From: a virus
Taxonomy: Duplodnaviria; Heunggongvirae; Uroviricota; Caudoviricetes
IMG/VR virus record: IMGVR_UViG_2671180422_000005
Length of the DNA stretch: 19,981 bases
Strand: one strand, 5' to 3'
Shown here: in pieces, positions 15,871 to 19,981 of the stretch
How positions within the stretch are numbered: position 1 is the first letter of the stretch
Layout: every line of letters begins with the position of its first letter
Made by a program: the position numbers and the translations under genes
Notes under the pieces: model-generated
Databases searched by the model: none
What the model was told of the DNA's origin: nothing
The model's input: only the letters and a program-made list of their open reading frames with translations

Positions 15871-18342
15871 ATGAGTAAAGTCTTTATTTGCGCCGCTATT
15901 TCTGACGAACTGGCAACAAGGGAAGAAGGCGCTGTGGCTGTAGCCACAGCCATTGAAGCTGGCGACGAACGCCGTGCTCGAGCAAAATTTCACTGGCAAT
16001 TCCTGGAACATTATCCGGCTGCTCAGGACTGCGCTTATAAATTTATTGTCTGCGAGGATAAACCTGGCATACCCCGCCCTGCCCTCGATTCATGGGATGC
16101 TGAATATATGCAGGAAAACCGCTGGGATGAGGAGTCTGCTTCTTTTGTCCCGGTTGAGACTGAATCCGATCCGATGAACGTCACTTTTGACAAGCTGGCC
16201 CCTGAAGTACAGAACGCTGTCATGGTTAAGTTCGACACATGTGAAAACATCACCGTTGATATGGTTATTAGCGCACAGGAATTGTTGCAGGAAGACATGG
16301 CAACATTCGACGGACATATCGTTGAAGCGTTGATGAAAATGCCAGAAGTTAACGCCATGTATCCGGAGCTTAAGTTGCACGCCATTGGGTGGGTTAAGCA
16401 TAAATGTATTCCTGGTGCTAAATGGCCCGAAATTCAGGCAGAGATGCGCATCTGGAAAAAACGTCGCGAAGGTGAACGCAAGGAAACCGGAAAATACACG
16501 TCTGTTGTTGATCTCGCCCGCGCCAGAGCCAATCAACAGTACACTGAAAATTCAACAGGAAAAATCAGCCCGGTCATTGCTGCCATTCATCGCGAATACA
16601 AGCAGACATGGAAAACACTGGATGACGAACTGGCCTACGCTCTCTGGCCTAGTGATGTGGATGCCGGAAACATTGACGGCAGCATCCATCGCTGGGCAAA
16701 AAAAGAAGTTATCGACAACGACCGCGAAGACTGGAAGCGTATCTCGGCATCAATGCGCAAACAGCCTGATGCCCTTCGCTACGACCGCCAAACTATTTTT
16801 GGCCTTGTCCGTGAGCGTCCGATCGACATTCACAAAGATCCCGTAGCACTGAACAAATATATCTGCGAATACCTGACGACAAAGGGCGTGTTTGAGAATG
16901 AAGAAACAGACCTGGGCACTGTTGATGTTCTCCAGTCATCAGAAACACAAACTGATGCAGTGGAAACTGAGGTATCTGATATCCCAAAAAATGAAACCGC
17001 GCCGGAAGCTGAACCATCTGTAGAGCGTGAGGGGCCGTTCTATTTCCTCTTCGCAGATAAGGACGGAGAAAAATACGGTCGCGCAAACAAACTCTCTGGT
17101 CTGGATAAGGCACTGGCTGCTGGCGCCACTGAAATCACAAAAGAAGAATATTTTGCCCGAAAAAATGGCACATACACGGGCTTACCGCAAAATGTAGATA
17201 CCGCTGAAGATTCAGAACAACCAGAGCCGATAAAAGTTACCGCTGACGAAGTAAACAAAATTATGCAGGCAGCCAATATCAGCCAGCCTGACGCCGATAA
17301 GTTGCTTGCTGCATCACGTGGTGAATTTGTTGAAGGGATTAGTGACCCGAATGATCCGAAATGGGTTAAGGGGCTCCAGACCCGCGATTCTGTGAACCAG
17401 AACCAGCATGAATCGGAACGGAACTACCAAAAAGCGGAACAAAACAGTCCAAATGCGTTACAAAACGAGCCAGAAACGAAACAGCCTGAACCAGTAGCGC
17501 AACAGGAAGTGGAAAAAGTCTGCACCGCCTGCGGTCAGACCGGCGGCGGCAACTGCCCTGATTGTGGCGCGGTGATGGGCGACGCAACATACCAAGAAAC
17601 ATTCGATGAAGAGTATCAGGTTGAAGTTCAGGAAGATGATCCGGAGGAAATGGAAGGCGCTGAACATCCACACAAGGAGAACACTGGCGGCAATCAGCAT
17701 CACAATAGCGATAATGAAACTGGCGAGACGGCAGATCACCCAATTAAGGTGAACGGTCATCACGAAATCACATCCACCAGCAGGACGTGTGACCATCTAA
17801 TGATCGACCTTGAAACCATGGGAAAAAATCCTGATGCCCCGATCATCTCAATAGGTGCAATATTTTTCGATCCGCAAACCGGAGATATGGGACCGGAATT
17901 TAGTAAGACTATCGATCTGGAAACTGCTGGCGGAGTCATTGATCGGGACACCATTAAATGGTGGCTTAAGCAATCACGCGAAGCGCAATCTGCCATTATG
18001 ACCGATGAAATCCCGTTAGATGATGCACTGTTACAATTGCGAGAATTTATCGACGAAAACTCCGGTGAATTTTTTGTTCAGGTTTGGGGAAATGGAGCCA
18101 ACTTCGACAACACGATTTTGCGCCGTTCATACGAACGGCAGGGGATCCCCTGCCCGTGGCGTTACTACAACGATCGCGATGTACGCACAATCGTTGAGCT
18201 GGGGAAAGCCATAGACTTCGATGCCAGAACGGCTATTCCATTCGAAGGTGAGCGCCATAATGCACTTGATGACGCCCGTTACCAGGCAAAATACGTTTCA
18301 GTTATCTGGCAAAAACTGATCCCGAGTCAGGCTGATTCTTAA
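15871..18342 (+). CDS. ydfE: Large RecE-like (YdfE-family) protein with central CxxC...CxxC zinc ribbon and C-terminal DEDDh (DnaQ-like) 3'-5' exonuclease domain, 823 aa
   Basis: ATG at 15871 with GAGG upstream; exonuclease motifs MIDLETMG (Exo I), NGANFDNTIL (Exo II), HNALDDARYQAKY (Exo III); zinc ribbon CTACGQTGGGNCPDCG; acidic low-complexity linker; N-terminus matches YdfE as recalled. Confidence 0.8.
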   Translation: MSKVFICAAISDELATREEGAVAVATAIEAGDERRARAKFHWQFLEHYPAAQDCAYKFIVCEDKPGIPRPALDSWDAEYMQENRWDEESASFVPVETESDPMNVTFDKLAPEVQNAVMVKFDTCENITVDMVISAQELLQEDMATFDGHIVEALMKMPEVNAMYPELKLHAIGWVKHKCIPGAKWPEIQAEMRIWKKRREGERKETGKYTSVVDLARARANQQYTENSTGKISPVIAAIHREYKQTWKTLDDELAYALWPSDVDAGNIDGSIHRWAKKEVIDNDREDWKRISASMRKQPDALRYDRQTIFGLVRERPIDIHKDPVALNKYICEYLTTKGVFENEETDLGTVDVLQSSETQTDAVETEVSDIPKNETAPEAEPSVEREGPFYFLFADKDGEKYGRANKLSGLDKALAAGATEITKEEYFARKNGTYTGLPQNVDTAEDSEQPEPIKVTADEVNKIMQAANISQPDADKLLAASRGEFVEGISDPNDPKWVKGLQTRDSVNQNQHESERNYQKAEQNSPNALQNEPETKQPEPVAQQEVEKVCTACGQTGGGNCPDCGAVMGDATYQETFDEEYQVEVQEDDPEEMEGAEHPHKENTGGNQHHNSDNETGETADHPIKVNGHHEITSTSRTCDHLMIDLETMGKNPDAPIISIGAIFFDPQTGDMGPEFSKTIDLETAGGVIDRDTIKWWLKQSREAQSAIMTDEIPLDDALLQLREFIDENSGEFFVQVWGNGANFDNTILRRSYERQGIPCPWRYYNDRDVRTIVELGKAIDFDARTAIPFEGERHNALDDARYQAKYVSVIWQKLIPSQADS

Positions 18343-18414
18343 TGTTCAACTGTCGCCGGTTGTGACTGGTATTCTGCAACCGGCGCTCGTCTGATGTAAG
18401 AGATAAAGAAATCG

Positions 18415-18666
18415 ATGAGCGAAGTAATCATGATTGTCTCTCCCGGCAAATGGGTATCCGAAGAGCAGTTAATTGCGCTGAAAGGAATAAAAAAAGGTAC
18501 GTTAAAAAAGGCCCGGGAAAAATCGTTTATGGAAGGAAGGGAATATAAGCATGTCGCTCATGACGGTATGCCATGGGATAACAGTCCATGCTTTTACAAC
18601 CTGGAAGAAATTGATCGCTGGATTGAGCGCCAGGCATCAGCGAGACCAAGACGTCATCTTACTTGA
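18415..18666 (+). CDS. Excisionase-like protein
   Basis: 83-aa ORF immediately upstream of int on the same strand; start could be ATG 18415 or 18430. Confidence 0.65.
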   Translation: MSEVIMIVSPGKWVSEEQLIALKGIKKGTLKKAREKSFMEGREYKHVAHDGMPWDNSPCFYNLEEIDRWIERQASARPRRHLT

Positions 18667-18700
18667 CTAAAAGCCACACTAACTAATGAGAGAAGTTGAA

Positions 18701-19981
18701 ATGAAATATCCGACAGGCGTGGAAAACCATGGAGGGAAATTACGTATCTGGTTTGTTTATAAAGACGTAAGAGTCAGGGAAAATCTGGGGGTTCCTGACA
18801 CAGCAAAAAACAGGCGCGTTGCAGGTGAACTACGCTCCTCTGTTTGTTACGCAATAAAAACTGGTGTTTTCGACTATGCAAAACAGTTTCCCTCCTCACG
18901 CAATCTGGAAAAATTTGGTGAGGCCCGACAAGATTTAACCATAAAAGAACTGGCTGAAAAATTTCTGGCACTGAAAGAAACTGAAGTCGCCAAAACATCA
19001 CTCAACACATACCGTGCCGTCATCAAAAATATCCTGAGCATAATCGGTGAAAAAAATCTTGCCTCATCGATTAATAAAGAAAAATTACTGGAGGTTCGTA
19101 AAGAGTTACTGACTGGATACCAGATCCCCAAAAGTAACTATATTGTTACACAACCAGGGAGATCGGCTGTAACTGTAAATAATTACATGACAAATCTTAA
19201 CGCCGTGTTCCAGTTTGGTGTTGATAACGGTTACCTGGCAGATAATCCGTTTAAGGGGATCTCGCCATTAAAGGAATCAAGAACCATTCCGGATCCTCTT
19301 TCGCGGGAAGAATTTATCCGTCTTATCGATGCGTGCAGAAATCAGCAAGCAAAAAATTTATGGTGTGTTTCTGTTTATACTGGAGTTCGCCCTGGTGAGC
19401 TGTGTGCACTTGGATGGGAGGACATAGATCTGAAAAATGGAACAATGATGATCAGGAGAAATTTAGCAAAAGACCGTTTCACGGTACCAAAAACACAGGC
19501 GGGAACCAATCGGGTCATTCATCTTATTAAGCCAGCAATCGACGCTCTCCGGAGTCAGATGACATTAACGAGACTGAGCAAAGAGCATATCATTGATGTT
19601 CACCTCAGAGAGTATGGCAGAACAGAAAAACAAAAATGCACCTTTGTTTTTCAACCTGAAGTGTCAGCGAGAGTAAAAAATTATGGTGACCATTTTACCG
19701 TTGACTCAATAAGGCAGATGTGGGACGCAGCGATAAAACGTGCCGGACTCCGCCATCGAAAATCATATCAGTCGAGACATACTTATGCCTGCTGGTCGCT
19801 GACAGCTGGTGCTAACCCGGCATTTATAGCAAACCAGATGGGCCATGCAGATGCGCAAATGGTATTTCAGGTATACGGAAAATGGATGTCTGAAAACAAT
19901 AATGCACAGGTAGCTTTGTTAAATACACAGTTAAGCGAGTTTGCCCCAACCATGCCCCATAACGAAGCAATGAAAAATTAA
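18701..19981 (+). CDS. intQ: Tyrosine recombinase, phage integrase (426 aa from ATG 18701), apparently full length
   Basis: N-terminal MKYPTGVENHGGKLRIWF, the type recalled for Rac IntR; box I TGVRPGELCALGWEDIDL, box II SRHTYACWSLTAGANPAFIANQMGHADAQMVFQVYGKW with the presumed catalytic Tyr; stop TAA at 19979-19981. Confidence 0.9.
   Translation: MKYPTGVENHGGKLRIWFVYKDVRVRENLGVPDTAKNRRVAGELRSSVCYAIKTGVFDYAKQFPSSRNLEKFGEARQDLTIKELAEKFLALKETEVAKTSLNTYRAVIKNILSIIGEKNLASSINKEKLLEVRKELLTGYQIPKSNYIVTQPGRSAVTVNNYMTNLNAVFQFGVDNGYLADNPFKGISPLKESRTIPDPLSREEFIRLIDACRNQQAKNLWCVSVYTGVRPGELCALGWEDIDLKNGTMMIRRNLAKDRFTVPKTQAGTNRVIHLIKPAIDALRSQMTLTRLSKEHIIDVHLREYGRTEKQKCTFVFQPEVSARVKNYGDHFTVDSIRQMWDAAIKRAGLRHRKSYQSRHTYACWSLTAGANPAFIANQMGHADAQMVFQVYGKWMSENNNAQVALLNTQLSEFAPTMPHNEAMKN

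Noticed and set aside
15953-17996. Multiple ORFs in other frames or antisense within the 823-aa exonuclease gene (15953-16177, 16035-16536, 16385-16846, 16793-17276, 17366-17996) and 18020-18214
   Set aside because: Fully contained in a long, well-supported coding frame with recognisable catalytic motifs.
18774-19131. Minus-strand ORFs antisense to the integrase gene
   Set aside because: Contained within the integrase frame, which carries the conserved recombinase boxes.
19750-19900. Possible defect in the integrase catalytic box (Tyr rather than His three residues before the box II Arg in YQSRHT)
   Set aside because: I cannot align reliably from memory and related integrases may share this residue; not enough to call the integrase inactive.

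Overview
Almost the whole window (about 1285 to 19981, continuing past the right edge) is a defective lambdoid prophage of the Escherichia coli Qin/Kim type, inserted in the MFS transporter gene ydfJ and lying inverted relative to the lambda map. All identifications are by reading the six-frame translations and DNA by eye and from recalled protein families; no database search was run. Gene order left to right: ydfJ 5'-truncated (-), ydfK (+), pin invertase (+), tfa 3' stub fused to terminase large subunit A (-), nu1 (-), an intact lambda-type cos site, ynfO-like RHH gene and ydfO-like DUF1398 gene (+), gnsB-like (-), a 76-aa ORF (-), cspI (-), Rz/Rz1, SAR endolysin, ydfR, holin essQ (all -), ynfU-like zinc ribbon (+), cspB (-), cspF (+), a PR'/tR'-like late promoter-terminator, Q antiterminator (-), ydfU HNH-like (-), dicC (-) and dicA (+) immunity switch, ydfA-ydfB-ydfC, dicF sRNA, dicB, ydfD, a large RecE-like protein with a DEDDh exonuclease domain, excisionase and integrase (all +). 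Replication genes and every head and tail gene are absent, so the element cannot form particles, but cos, Nu1, most of A, the lysis cassette, the immunity switch, the dicB kil-type operon and int/xis look intact. I found no CRISPR array, rRNA, tRNA or IS element. I did not find a clearly novel multi-gene system; the best candidates for undescribed biology are small cargo modules (the RHH plus DUF1398 pair, the csp/76-aa/gns triad, a 29-aa hydrophobic peptide ORF), the intact RecE-like exonuclease, and two deletion junctions (A fused to tfa; ydfU overlapping dicC).
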